The notes beneath the pieces were generated by a model. It did no database searches, was not told the origin of the DNA, and worked only from the letters and a program-made list of their open reading frames with translations. The translations under genes and the position numbers were made by a program. This document shows positions 1 to 9,607 of a stretch of 36,553 nucleotides of DNA, piece by piece; within the stretch, counting starts at the first letter, position 1, and each line of letters opens with the position of its first letter. This DNA comes from Bacteroidales bacterium (lineage in GTDB: Bacteria; Bacteroidota; Bacteroidia; Bacteroidales; Dysgonomonadaceae): assembly GCA_012728155.1 (NCBI GenBank), contig JAAYFR010000244.1, forward strand, positions 1 through 36,553, given 5' to 3'.

Positions 1-1322
1 CATCTGGCACCACTGCCAACCCGAAAGGGATTATGCTCACCCATGGCAACTACGTATGGAATGCAGAGCAGGCAGTCGACCGTCTCAACGGCATTCCCTC
101 CCATTACCGCACCCTGCTGATACTGCCATGGGATCACTCCTTCGGCCATACCGCCGGAATTTACTCTTTTATGAAGTGCGGCGCCTCCATTGCCTCTGTG
201 GCGAAAGGGAAATCACCCATGGAGATACTGCGTAACGTACCCAAGAGCATCAAGGCGATCAACCCACATATCCTGATGAGTGTACCCGCTCTGGCCTCCA
301 ATTTCCGAAAAAATATCGAGAGTGAGATTGAGAAGAAGGGAAAGTTTACTGCTTCATTATTCAAGAGGGCGCTCAAAACGGCATACACCTATAATAAGGA
401 GGGATACAACAAAGGTGGCTGTGGACGCCTAATGCTTTCCATTTACGATAAACTGATCTTCTCTAAGATACGGCAATCATTTTCCAGCAATATGAAGTTC
501 TTTATCGGTGGCGGAGCGCTTCTCGATATCGAACTACAACGGTTCTTTTATGCTATCGGCATCCCGATGTACCAAGGCTATGGATTGTCGGAAGCCACCC
601 CCATCATTTCGGCAAATAGTCCACATGCCCACAAGCTGGGGTCGTCGGGGAAACCGGTTCCTCACATGGATATCAAGATTGTGGATGACGAACTCGCGGA
701 AGTGCCGACGGGAGAAAAGGGAGAAATCATCATCCGTGGTGGCAATGTGATGAAGGGATATTGGAAAAATCCGCAGGCAACAGCCGAAACTATTGTAGAT
801 GGATGGCTCCGCACCGGTGACATGGGTTATATCGACAAAGATGGATTTCTCTATGTGCTTGGGCGTACCAAATCGCTGTTGATCAGTGATGATGGCGAGA
901 AGTTCTCTCCCGAAGGGATTGAAGAGTCTATGATCTCCACCTCCACCATTATTGATCAGTGTGTATTGTACAACAACCAGAGTCCCTATACCACCGCGTT
1001 GGTTGTACCCAATGTGGCGGCGTTGAAAAAAACTGGTGTCGACCCCGAACAGGCGGCGCTACTGATAGAAAAAGAGATCAACGAGTACCGGAGTGGCGGC
1101 AAGCACGAAAGTCTATTTCCGCACCGGTGGATCCCTTCAGCCTTTGCCGTGATTGAAGAGCCCTTCTCCGAACAAAACGGATTGGTGAACTCCACCATGA
1201 AAATTGTGAAGCACAAGGTTTATGAAGCATATGCTTCAAGGATCGCTTCACTTTATACCCCCGAAGGGAAGCAGGCCACTTCACCGGAGAATCTGGAAGC
1301 GTTGAAGAAACTTCTCGGGTAA
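1..1322 (+). CDS. Long-chain fatty acid--CoA ligase (AMP-dependent synthetase), 5' end outside the window
   Basis: The frame is open upstream of the listed ATG and reads SGTTANPKGIMLTH (AMP-binding motif). It also has YQGYGLSE, GWLRTGDMG and GRTK adenylate-forming motifs. Confidence 0.9.
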   Translation, partial: SGTTANPKGIMLTHGNYVWNAEQAVDRLNGIPSHYRTLLILPWDHSFGHTAGIYSFMKCGASIASVAKGKSPMEILRNVPKSIKAINPHILMSVPALASNFRKNIESEIEKKGKFTASLFKRALKTAYTYNKEGYNKGGCGRLMLSIYDKLIFSKIRQSFSSNMKFFIGGGALLDIELQRFFYAIGIPMYQGYGLSEATPIISANSPHAHKLGSSGKPVPHMDIKIVDDELAEVPTGEKGEIIIRGGNVMKGYWKNPQATAETIVDGWLRTGDMGYIDKDGFLYVLGRTKSLLISDDGEKFSPEGIEESMISTSTIIDQCVLYNNQSPYTTALVVPNVAALKKTGVDPEQAALLIEKEINEYRSGGKHESLFPHRWIPSAFAVIEEPFSEQNGLVNSTMKIVKHKVYEAYASRIASLYTPEGKQATSPENLEALKKLLG

Positions 1323-1335
1323 CATCACTCTTGAT

Positions 1336-1380
1336 ATAGATAAAAAAGCGGAAGAATTTAGTTTCTCCCGCTTTATCTAT
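1336..1380. terminator. Probable bidirectional intrinsic terminator between convergent genes
   Basis: Imperfect inverted repeat ATAGAT..AAAGCGGAAGAA / TTCTCCCGCTTTATCTAT between the stops of two convergent CDS. Confidence 0.6.
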
Positions 1381-1399
1381 TTCTGAAAAGAGTAACTTA

Positions 1400-3118
1400 T
1401 TACTCGTCGATAACCTGTTTGTAATAGCCCAAATCTTCAATACGCGACTTGGAAATGAAGTGCCAATTCTTCATTACCTCTATCTCTCCGTAATGGATAT
1501 AGACCTCCGCACTACGACGGAACAGTTCTTGGTCTTTATTGGCATCCTGCAGGAGAAGGTGTCCCATAATGATGTGGGCAGCACTCTCTACCAACCGGCG
1601 TGCATGAAAATCGAGATAATCGGTATCTTTGGTTGAAGTAACCGCCTCTGTCATTTTCTCATAATTCACCGCCATATTGGCCAGGTCACGTTTCAACGAT
1701 TCCAGTTCAGGTACGACCGGCATTGCGGCATATTCCTTGATCTGTTGCAGATAGGTGCCGGTGGTAACGTGGCGGATAGCAGCGATCACCTGCAATTGGG
1801 TAGTACCTTCATAAATATTGGTGATACGTGCATCACGATAAAGGCGCTCGCACTTGTAATCTTTCATAAAGCCCGAACCGCCATGGACCTGGATAGCATC
1901 ATACGCATTCTGGTTGGCGTACTCGCTGCTCATTCCCTTACCAAGAGGGGTGAAAGCATCGGCCAAACGCGAATAGAACTTCATCTCGTTCCGCTCCTCC
2001 GGTGTCAATTTACGTTCCCGGCTGATATCTTCCAGCGTTTTATACAAATCTACGAAGCGACAAGTCTCGTAGAGCAATGCACGGGTCGCATCGGTCTTGG
2101 CACGCATATTGGCCAGCATCTCATATACCGGCGGGAACTCGATAATAGCGTTGCCAAACTGGCGACGCTCCAAAGCATATTTGTAGGCCTCACGGGTAGC
2201 CGCTTCGGAAAGTCCCACCGACTGTGCCATGATTCCCAGTCGGGCTCCGTTCATCAACGACATCACATACTTGATAAGCCCCATACGGCGCGTTCCGACC
2301 AACTCCGCTTTGGCATTCTTGAACACCAATTCGCAGGTGGGCGCGCCCTTGATTCCCATCTTATTCTCGATACGACGGACATTCACACCGCCACTATTCT
2401 TGTCGTAGATAAACATCGACAAGCCACGTGCATCTTTGGTACCCTCTTCGGAACGTGCCAGCACCAAGTGGATATCGGCATCGCCATTGGTGATAAAACG
2501 CTTCACCCCGTTCAGGTACCACTGGTTTTCCTTCTCGTTGAAAGAAGCTTTCAGCATCACCGCCTGCAGGTCGGAACCGGCATCGGGTTCGGTAAGGTCC
2601 ATCGACATGGTTTCGCCCTTCACGATGCGCGGCAGGTATTTATCTTTCTGTGCCTGGTCGGCAAATTCATAGATGGTCTCACCGCAGTCCTGCAACATCC
2701 AGATATTTTGAAAACTGGCATCGGCACGGCTCACGATGTCGGCACTCATCATATAGGGTACCATCGGAAAGTTAAGTCCGCCATATTTGCGGGCAAGTCC
2801 CATTCCCATCAGTTCTGCCTTGTTGAGAGCATCCAAATTCTCCTGCGTGGGTGCGGCATAGGTCACACGTCCACTGCTCACAGTCGGCCCACTTTGGTCT
2901 ACCGCTTCCGCATTCGGCTCAATAATTTCGCCACAGATCTCGCCCACCACTTCCAGCACTTTGTTGTAGCTGTCCATTGCATCCTCAAAATCCATCGGGG
3001 CATAATCACAAGTCTCACTGTCTGCGTAATTTCTCTCTTTCAATTCCACAATTCGTTTCATCAGCGGGTGCTGGAGGTAATGACGGAATTGCGGTGTATC
3101 TGTATAAAAGTTTGCCAT
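1400..3118 (-). CDS. Acyl-CoA dehydrogenase (Bacteroidales ETF-linked type)
   Basis: Motifs MDLTEPDAGSD, NGVKRFITNG, KMGIKG, R-QFG, QVHGGSGF and IYEGTTQLQ. Starts 1 bp after the etfA stop. Confidence 0.93.
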   Translation of the reverse strand: MANFYTDTPQFRHYLQHPLMKRIVELKERNYADSETCDYAPMDFEDAMDSYNKVLEVVGEICGEIIEPNAEAVDQSGPTVSSGRVTYAAPTQENLDALNKAELMGMGLARKYGGLNFPMVPYMMSADIVSRADASFQNIWMLQDCGETIYEFADQAQKDKYLPRIVKGETMSMDLTEPDAGSDLQAVMLKASFNEKENQWYLNGVKRFITNGDADIHLVLARSEEGTKDARGLSMFIYDKNSGGVNVRRIENKMGIKGAPTCELVFKNAKAELVGTRRMGLIKYVMSLMNGARLGIMAQSVGLSEAATREAYKYALERRQFGNAIIEFPPVYEMLANMRAKTDATRALLYETCRFVDLYKTLEDISRERKLTPEERNEMKFYSRLADAFTPLGKGMSSEYANQNAYDAIQVHGGSGFMKDYKCERLYRDARITNIYEGTTQLQVIAAIRHVTTGTYLQQIKEYAAMPVVPELESLKRDLANMAVNYEKMTEAVTSTKDTDYLDFHARRLVESAAHIIMGHLLLQDANKDQELFRRSAEVYIHYGEIEVMKNWHFISKSRIEDLGYYKQVIDE

Positions 3119-3119
3119 C

Positions 3120-4145
3120 TTATTTAGAATTTTTCTTATAATATTTGATCATCTTCGGAATCACTTGCTCAATCTCTCCGGTTATCACATAATCGGCGAT
3201 GGAGTTGATCGGTGCATTGGGGTCGTTATTGATAGAGATGATGATGGAGCTCTCCTGCATGCCAGCGATATGTTGAATCTGTCACGATATGCCGCAGGCG
3301 ATATAAAGTTTGGGGCGGACAGTGATTCCGGTTTGTCCCACCTGGCGTTCATGTTCCACAAAACCGGCATCAACGGCCGCACGTGAAGCACCCACTTCTG
3401 CCCCCAACACATTGGCGAGCTGGTAGAGCAACTGGAAATTCTCTTTCGATCCCACGCCATACCCACCGGAGACAATAATAGGCGAGTTTTTGATATTTAC
3501 TTTCGACTTTTCGATATGGCGGTCGATAATGTTCACCACAAAATCCTCCTCTTTCACAAAGTCGGCTACATCATGCTCTATGGTTTCACCTTTATAATAA
3601 GGATCGAAGATCTCTTTTTTCATCACCCCCTCACGGACGGTCGCCATCTGTGGGCGGCAGTCGGGATTGATGATCCACGCCACAATATTACCTCCAAAGG
3701 CGGGACGTATCTGGTAGAGCAGGTTTTTATATATCTTTCCCGCTTTTTTATCTTCATGGTCGCCAATCTCAAGCGAAGTACAGTCAGCGGTAAGTCCGCT
3801 TCCCAGAAGTGATGACACACGCGGTCCCAAGTCGCGTCCGATAATGGTAGCACCCATCAGGCAGATTTGCGGTTGCTCTTTCTGAAAGAGTTCCGCCAGG
3901 ATGGAGGTATGTGGAAGTGTAGTGTATGGCGACAAGCGGTCATCTTTAAAAAGATGAAGAAGATCCACACCGTAAGGAAATACCTGCTCTCCTATTTTTT
4001 CGAGATCGGCAGCAGATCCGGCGGCAATGACTTCGAGTTTACAATCCAGCTGACTGGCCAATGAACGCCCTTTGGTCAGTAGCTCCAAGCTGACATCGGC
4101 TACTACTCCCTCCTCTATTTCCAAATATACAAATAAGTTGTTCAT
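3120..4145 (-). pseudogene. etfA: Electron transfer flavoprotein alpha subunit interrupted by an in-frame TGA at 3282-3284
   Basis: EtfA motifs [28 protein letters not shown] and [10 protein letters not shown]. After the TGA the same frame continues [25 protein letters not shown]...KKNSK to TAA at 3120. The full-length product would be 341 aa. Confidence 0.85.
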
Positions 4146-4163
4146 ATCTAATATATCCTTTTG

Positions 4164-5036
4164 TTATCCAATCGTGTGACTATCTATCAGTTCTTTCATC
4201 AGCTCCTCGATATCGACATCATCGTCGGTAAGCTGTCGACTCTCCTTAGCTTGAAAAACCACATTCTCAATCTTTTTCACCTTAGTGGGAGAACCGGAGA
4301 GGCCGCACTGTACCTTGTCGGCTTCCACATCCTCTACACTCCATTCGGTAAGATTCAGGTAGGGGCGGCTGTTATAGATATCTATATAGTCGATATTCTC
4401 AGTCTGACGCTCGGTAACCGTTTTGGCATGCTTATATTTCAATAGCAATTTAGCATTACGGGGACGACATGCGCGGGCGGTTCCGTTTACCGTGATAACC
4501 ACAGGAAGCGGGCATTCCACCACTTCCACCCCGTTTTCCAAACGACGCTTGACTGTAATTTTTCGGCCTTTGATCTTCTCGATATTCTCGGCATAGGTGA
4601 TTTGTGGAATTCCCAACTTTTCAGCCACTTGGGGACCAACTTGTGCGGTATCTCCGTCGATTGCCTGACGACCGGAAATGATGATATCGAACTTTCCGAT
4701 CTTACGGATCGCCATCGACAAGGCGTAGGAAGTAGCCAACGTGTCTGCTCCTGCAAAAGCCCTGTCGGTCAATAATATTCCATCGTCAGCCCCACGAAAC
4801 AATCCTTCACGTAAAATCTCCGCCGCACGCCCCGGTCCCATCGTCAGCACCGTAATCTTTGAACCGGGGAACCGGTCTTTAATATCCAGCGCCTGCTCCA
4901 TCGCGTTTAAATCTTCCGGATTGAAGATAGCGGGGAGCGCCGCCCTGTTCACTGTTCCATCGGCTTTCATCGCATCCTTTCCCACATTCCGTGTGTCGGG
5001 AACCTGCTTAGCCAACACAATAATATTAAATGTCAT
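4164..5036 (-). CDS. etfB: Electron transfer flavoprotein beta subunit
   Basis: Motifs KQVPDT, AGADTLATS, GRQAIDGDTAQVG and GLSGSPTKV. ATG at 5036 preferred over TTG at 5042. Confidence 0.93.
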   Translation of the reverse strand: MTFNIIVLAKQVPDTRNVGKDAMKADGTVNRAALPAIFNPEDLNAMEQALDIKDRFPGSKITVLTMGPGRAAEILREGLFRGADDGILLTDRAFAGADTLATSYALSMAIRKIGKFDIIISGRQAIDGDTAQVGPQVAEKLGIPQITYAENIEKIKGRKITVKRRLENGVEVVECPLPVVITVNGTARACRPRNAKLLLKYKHAKTVTERQTENIDYIDIYNSRPYLNLTEWSVEDVEADKVQCGLSGSPTKVKKIENVVFQAKESRQLTDDDVDIEELMKELIDSHTIG

Positions 5037-5087
5037 ACTCAATTAGATTAGTTTATCTCTTATAGATATTTTATTTTTTTGAAGGGG

Positions 5088-5095
5088 CAAATATA
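5088..5095 (-). promoter_or_regulatory. Bacteroidota primary-sigma -7 element for the etfB-etfA-acd operon
   Basis: TATATTTG on the minus strand matches TAnnTTTG, about 50 nt upstream of etfB. Confidence 0.6.
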
Positions 5096-5394
5096 GTGAA
5101 AGTTGAGTGAACAGCCAAGCTTGATTACACTATTTCGGCAAGAGAGAATAGGAAAAGTATCCTCTCTTTTCCAAACGCACCCTAATATTATCAAATAGAG
5201 AATAATTTGAAATCTCTGTTGTGTTGATATCAATTTTTAATTATGGAATGTAGCATTAAACCAAACCGAAAAAAACATATCTCTATTATGCACGATCGCT
5301 GTATGGAAGTCCGAACGAAACATTTCCGACAAACAATTCAAAGAAAGGCATCCTAGAAATAGAAATATAACATTCATGTATCAATGAAATATGA

Positions 5395-5402
5395 TAACTT
5401 TG
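5395..5402 (+). promoter_or_regulatory. -7 promoter element for the lipoprotein gene
   Basis: TAACTTTG 17 nt upstream of ATG 5420, which supports that start over 5384. Confidence 0.6.
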
Positions 5403-5419
5403 CAGTAAATTATACGCAT

Positions 5420-6469
5420 ATGCAAAAAACAACATTCCCTCTGATCACTCTTCTTCTGACTCTACTGATGAGCAGTTGTGCAGGAATTAAATACCTGACA
5501 GTGGAAACGAGAGAACCCGCTCAGGTAAATTTCCCTTCGAATATACATTCAATAGCGATTGTTAATAATGTAGTAAATCAGCCGGATGAGGTTGGTCATG
5601 ATATCATTCCAATAGGGCACACGCAAGCTGAAAGGAAAAAAGTATCGTCCGACAGTGCGGCTATTTTTTATACCGAAGCGTTGGCTCAATTTGTGGATGA
5701 GGAAGATTACTTTTACAGGGTGATCTATTATAACGAACCATTGAGGAAGGACAATGATTTTTTTATGGAGAGACCTATCGATCCTGAGATAATGCTCAGG
5801 ATCAGGCGTGAAACCGGTGCCGATGCGATCATCTCTCTTGATAAGTTGATCATCGAAACAAGAGAGAGTGAGAATTTCAAGCTACAGGGGTATATCCACG
5901 CCGATTTGAAAGGAAAAATACATTCTATCCTCCGCGTCTATATGCCTACTATGGAAGGAAAAATTCCTGCCGTACAATACAACGACAGTATTCGTTGGGA
6001 AGGGTTTAACATCCATGATGGCAAAGCCTATTCTGACCATATGCTCCCTTCCCGAGAAGAGGTAATTAAACTACTGGCAGTGAGAGCTGCAGAGAAGATG
6101 ACCTACGTATTTGTGCCACATTGGGAAATGCAGGATCGGTGGTATTATACCTTGTTCAACACATTGATGCGAGAAGGAGAGAGCTACGCCAGAGGGTCGC
6201 AGTGGAACAAAGCGATTGAAAAATGGGAAGCTTTTTATCACCATAGTTCTAAGAAAATCGACAAGGCAAAAGCCGCCAATAACATTGCGTTGGCCTATGA
6301 AATGTTGGACGAGATGGATCGGGCGTTAGAATGGGCAAAACAATCAAATAACCTATTCATTGAATCCACGGCAGCCAACTCTTTGGAGAGAAGGAGATCA
6401 CTGCTCTATAAAAACGAGATCGAAAGACGAAACAATCATTCAAACAGATTGAATATCGATGATTTTTAG
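5420..6469 (+). CDS. Lipoprotein with C-terminal TPR-like helices (DUF6340-like)
   Basis: Signal peptide with lipobox (LLLTLLMSS-C) and a TPR-like segment AANNIALAYEMLDEMDRALEWA. Confidence 0.75.
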   Translation: MQKTTFPLITLLLTLLMSSCAGIKYLTVETREPAQVNFPSNIHSIAIVNNVVNQPDEVGHDIIPIGHTQAERKKVSSDSAAIFYTEALAQFVDEEDYFYRVIYYNEPLRKDNDFFMERPIDPEIMLRIRRETGADAIISLDKLIIETRESENFKLQGYIHADLKGKIHSILRVYMPTMEGKIPAVQYNDSIRWEGFNIHDGKAYSDHMLPSREEVIKLLAVRAAEKMTYVFVPHWEMQDRWYYTLFNTLMREGESYARGSQWNKAIEKWEAFYHHSSKKIDKAKAANNIALAYEMLDEMDRALEWAKQSNNLFIESTAANSLERRRSLLYKNEIERRNNHSNRLNIDDF

Positions 6470-6661
6470 AAAAAGAGAGCCACACTTTCGTAAAACCAAA
6501 TAATCGGAATCAAGCTTGTTTGAGTTATCTACTACTGAAAAATAGTCAAATCGTAGTGAATCATAATAGGTCAATATCTCTATTTCGATCACTTTTGGAG
6601 ATTTTTTTTAATTGAACCCCAAAAAACAACAAACTTAATTTCCAGTTTTCAAAAAAAGAGC

Positions 6662-6669
6662 TATCTTTG
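6662..6669 (+). promoter_or_regulatory. -7 promoter element of rho, implying a 5' leader of about 270 nt
   Basis: TATCTTTG matches TAnnTTTG. No closer match was seen before ATG 6948. Confidence 0.55.
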
Positions 6670-6947
6670 CCCTCAAATCTTATAACAGTAATTTTTCTCA
6701 TTACTACTGTGCAATTTCATTAGGCATTTTCTTATCAGACTTTTGGTACTCGATATAGTCTCATAAAATTTTAGTAATTTCCATTTTTTATTGCTTCGGC
6801 AAACTTCAGTTGACGGCTAACCGGAACTAAAAACAAACTTCTTTGAATTTTGGTGAAGTGCAATGTAAATTAAACAGTACTCACAACAATCGTATATTAT
6901 CAATAGTAATATTTTTTCAAAAACCATAACGAATTTCATACACCTAC

Positions 6948-8903
6948 ATGGCTTATAACATTATTGAGCTTAATGAAAAGCTCACAACAGAATTGAGAGT
7001 TCTTGCCAAGGAGATGGGAATAAGACGCCCTGACGCATACAAGAAAGAGGAGCTCATTTATAAAATTCTTGATGAACAGGCAATTGCCGAAACAAAAAAA
7101 CTGAGCATCGACAGTGGCACCCAACAGAGTCACACACCGAGAAAAAGTTCAGAAAGCAAAACAAATTCTCAGAAAAATAAGAGTGTCACCAAAAAAGAGG
7201 AAACTAAAGAAAAAGAGAGCGACAAGAAAGAAGATCGCATAAAACCTCAGAACCAATTACAGACTATACAGCCTTCTGAAAGGCCAAAGTTAGTAAAAAA
7301 GGAGAGTTCCCCTACCGAACAAAAGGCGCCGGTTACACAAGAGAATGCTCCCCGCACTCAATCGGAAATAAAACCGGTAACCAGCAAAACAGTTCGGGGA
7401 AAAAGTATAGAAGCTTCCGAAGTTAAAGCTGATACTCCCGAGAAAAAAGTTGTTGAGACTACGCCAAAAGCTCCCGGTAAACCTATTCAGTTGGTCTTTC
7501 GTTCTTCCAAACAGAGAAAAGAGGAGAAGAGCACGCCTGCTCCCGTTATATTACCCCCTGTAGTGGCAGAGGAACCCTCGGAAGAAAAAACAGACACACC
7601 CGTGAAAGAGGCGCCCGTTCCTGGCAGTAAATTTTCGATGATGGATCTCATGTCGCCTTCTCCTTTACAGTCTAAACAGCCGGCTACCCAACAAAGCAGA
7701 CAGCCCCAAGCCCATCAGGTTCAATCACAACCGCATGCTCAGGCACAAGCTCCACAACTCAAGGAAAAAGAATCCACTTACGATTTCGACGGCATACTCA
7801 ATGCCTCCGGCGTATTGGAGATCATGTCTGACGGTTACGGTTTTCTGCGTTCTTCCGACTACAACTACATGTCGTCACCCGACGACATATATGTATCTCA
7901 GTCGCAGATCCGTCTCTTCGGATTAAAAACAGGAGATGTGGTAGAGGGCCCTATCCGTCCACCCAAAGAAGGTGAGAAGTTCTTTCCATTGGTAAAGGTA
8001 GATAATATCAACGGTCAGGATCCGGATGATGTACGCGACCGTGTACCTTTCGATCATTTAAAGCCACTCTTTCCCAACGAAAAATTCAATCTCACCAAAG
8101 GACATAACGACAATCTTTCCTGTCGTGTAGTTGATCTTTTCTCCCCAATTGGTAAGGGGCAACGCGGTTTGATTGTGGCGCAACCCAAAACAGGGAAAAC
8201 TATGTTGTTGAAAGATATTGCCAATGCTATTGCCGACAATCATCCGGAAGTATATATGATTATTTTACTGATCGACGAACGCCCGGAAGAGGTTACCGAT
8301 ATGGAACGGAGCGTAAATGCAGAAGTAATTGCATCTACTTTCGATGAACCGGCCGACCGACACGTGAAGATTGCCGAGATTGTATTGAACAAAGCCCGTC
8401 GACTGGTAGAGTGTGGTCATGATGTAGTGATATTGCTCGACTCCATCACCCGCTTGGCACGTGCGTACAATACCGTACAGCCCGCGTCGGGAAAAGTGCT
8501 CTCGGGGGGTGTGGATGCCAACGCGCTACACAAGCCGAAACGTTTCTTTGGTGCAGCCCGCAATATCGAACATGGTGGCTCACTTACTATCATTGCAACA
8601 GCACTCACAGAGACCGGTTCCAAGATGGACGATGTGATCTTCGAAGAGTTCAAAGGCACCGGCAACATGGAATTGCAGCTCGACCGTAAGCTCTCCAACA
8701 AGCGAATCTTTCCTTCTGTGGACATCATCGCATCGAGCACACGTCGTGACGATCTGCTCTTATCACAGGAAACACTCAGCCGCATGTGGGTACTCCGCAA
8801 TTTCTTGTCGGATATGAATTCGGTAGAAGCCATGGAATTCTTGCTAACTCGTCTGAGACGCACTTCAAGTAATGAAGAGTTTCTAATCTCCATGAATGAC
8901 TGA
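6948..8903 (+). CDS. rho: Transcription termination factor Rho with a long N-terminal low-complexity insertion
   Basis: Rho_N helix bundle, about 230 aa of K/E/P/Q-rich insert, RNA-binding DGYGFLR and DIYVS, Walker [28 protein letters not shown] and FKGTGNMEL. Confidence 0.98.
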   Translation: MAYNIIELNEKLTTELRVLAKEMGIRRPDAYKKEELIYKILDEQAIAETKKLSIDSGTQQSHTPRKSSESKTNSQKNKSVTKKEETKEKESDKKEDRIKPQNQLQTIQPSERPKLVKKESSPTEQKAPVTQENAPRTQSEIKPVTSKTVRGKSIEASEVKADTPEKKVVETTPKAPGKPIQLVFRSSKQRKEEKSTPAPVILPPVVAEEPSEEKTDTPVKEAPVPGSKFSMMDLMSPSPLQSKQPATQQSRQPQAHQVQSQPHAQAQAPQLKEKESTYDFDGILNASGVLEIMSDGYGFLRSSDYNYMSSPDDIYVSQSQIRLFGLKTGDVVEGPIRPPKEGEKFFPLVKVDNINGQDPDDVRDRVPFDHLKPLFPNEKFNLTKGHNDNLSCRVVDLFSPIGKGQRGLIVAQPKTGKTMLLKDIANAIADNHPEVYMIILLIDERPEEVTDMERSVNAEVIASTFDEPADRHVKIAEIVLNKARRLVECGHDVVILLDSITRLARAYNTVQPASGKVLSGGVDANALHKPKRFFGAARNIEHGGSLTIIATALTETGSKMDDVIFEEFKGTGNMELQLDRKLSNKRIFPSVDIIASSTRRDDLLLSQETLSRMWVLRNFLSDMNSVEAMEFLLTRLRRTSSNEEFLISMND

Positions 8904-8942
8904 TTATCGGATAGATAATAGATCAAAGATCCCAAAATATTG

Positions 8943-8977
8943 AAATAAGCCCTCTATTGTATGGGGCTTATTTTTTT
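8943..8977 (+). terminator. Intrinsic terminator downstream of rho
   Basis: AAATAAGCCC...GGGCTTATTT stem running into a T tract. Confidence 0.8.
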
Positions 8978-9080
8978 GATTTTACGCTACAACAAACAGG
9001 TTAAGAGCAAAGCCTATATTCCATTACGAAAGTGAATTTTTAAAATTTTTACACAAGAAGGTCTTTATTTTTGAATTCTC

Positions 9081-9111
9081 TTTGATAAGCCTATTAAAAG
9101 TATTAATTTTG
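9081..9111 (+). promoter_or_regulatory. Bacteroidota promoter (-33/-7) of the glutamate mutase operon
   Basis: TTTG at 9081-9084 and TAATTTTG at 9104-9111 with a 19-nt spacer, 27 nt upstream of ATG 9139. Confidence 0.65.
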
Positions 9112-9138
9112 CAGCATACTTTTACTGAAAAATACATT

Positions 9139-9552
9139 ATGGGTGAAAGAACTATCGTAACTGGTGTCATAGGAGCCGACGTGCATGCCGTGGGGAATAA
9201 GATTCTGGCATTTGCTCTAAGAGAAGCAGGATTCAAAGTGGTTAACCTGGGTGTAATGGTCTCCCAGGAAGAATATATTGAAGCTGCTATAGAAACAAAT
9301 GCCGATGTCATCTTGGTCTCTTCACTCTACGGACATGGTGAAATCGACTGTCACGGCTTACGTCAGAAATGCGACGAAGCCGGATTGAAAGAGATCCCCT
9401 TACTTGCGGGTGGAAATTTAGTGGTTGGAAAACAAAATTTCGAAGATGTGGAAAAACGGTTCCTGGCCATGGGATTCACCAGGGTCTATCCTCCCGGCAC
9501 CACAGTTGAAACATGCATTGAAGACCTCAAGGAGCTGTTTCAATCGGAATAA
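9139..9552 (+). CDS. glmS: Glutamate mutase (methylaspartate mutase) sigma subunit, B12-binding
   Basis: 137 aa from ATG 9139. Base-off/His-on motif [22 protein letters not shown] and RVYPPGT. The symbol refers to the glutamate mutase S subunit (mamA), not glucosamine-6-phosphate synthase. Confidence 0.95.
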   Translation: MGERTIVTGVIGADVHAVGNKILAFALREAGFKVVNLGVMVSQEEYIEAAIETNADVILVSSLYGHGEIDCHGLRQKCDEAGLKEIPLLAGGNLVVGKQNFEDVEKRFLAMGFTRVYPPGTTVETCIEDLKELFQSE

Positions 9553-9607
9553 ACCTTGTTTATAAGGGATCACTACAAAGAAGACAACCTGATTCGATTT
9601 TTTAAAA

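Noticed and set aside
1745-3127. 460-aa ORF antisense to the acyl-CoA dehydrogenase
   Set aside because: Codon-aligned shadow frame of a conserved gene, with no recognisable motifs. The many other short antisense or nested ORFs in the track were rejected for the same reason.
3282-3284. Genome-wide UGA=Gly recoding or selenocysteine at the etfA UGA
   Set aside because: rho (8903) and pgm (29959) end at TGA at their expected C-termini, so UGA is a stop here. The aligned residue is Gly, not Cys, which argues against selenocysteine.
8980-9138. Cobalamin riboswitch upstream of the B12-dependent operon
   Set aside because: The predicted leader is only about 20 nt, the region is AT-rich, and no B12-box-like sequence was seen.
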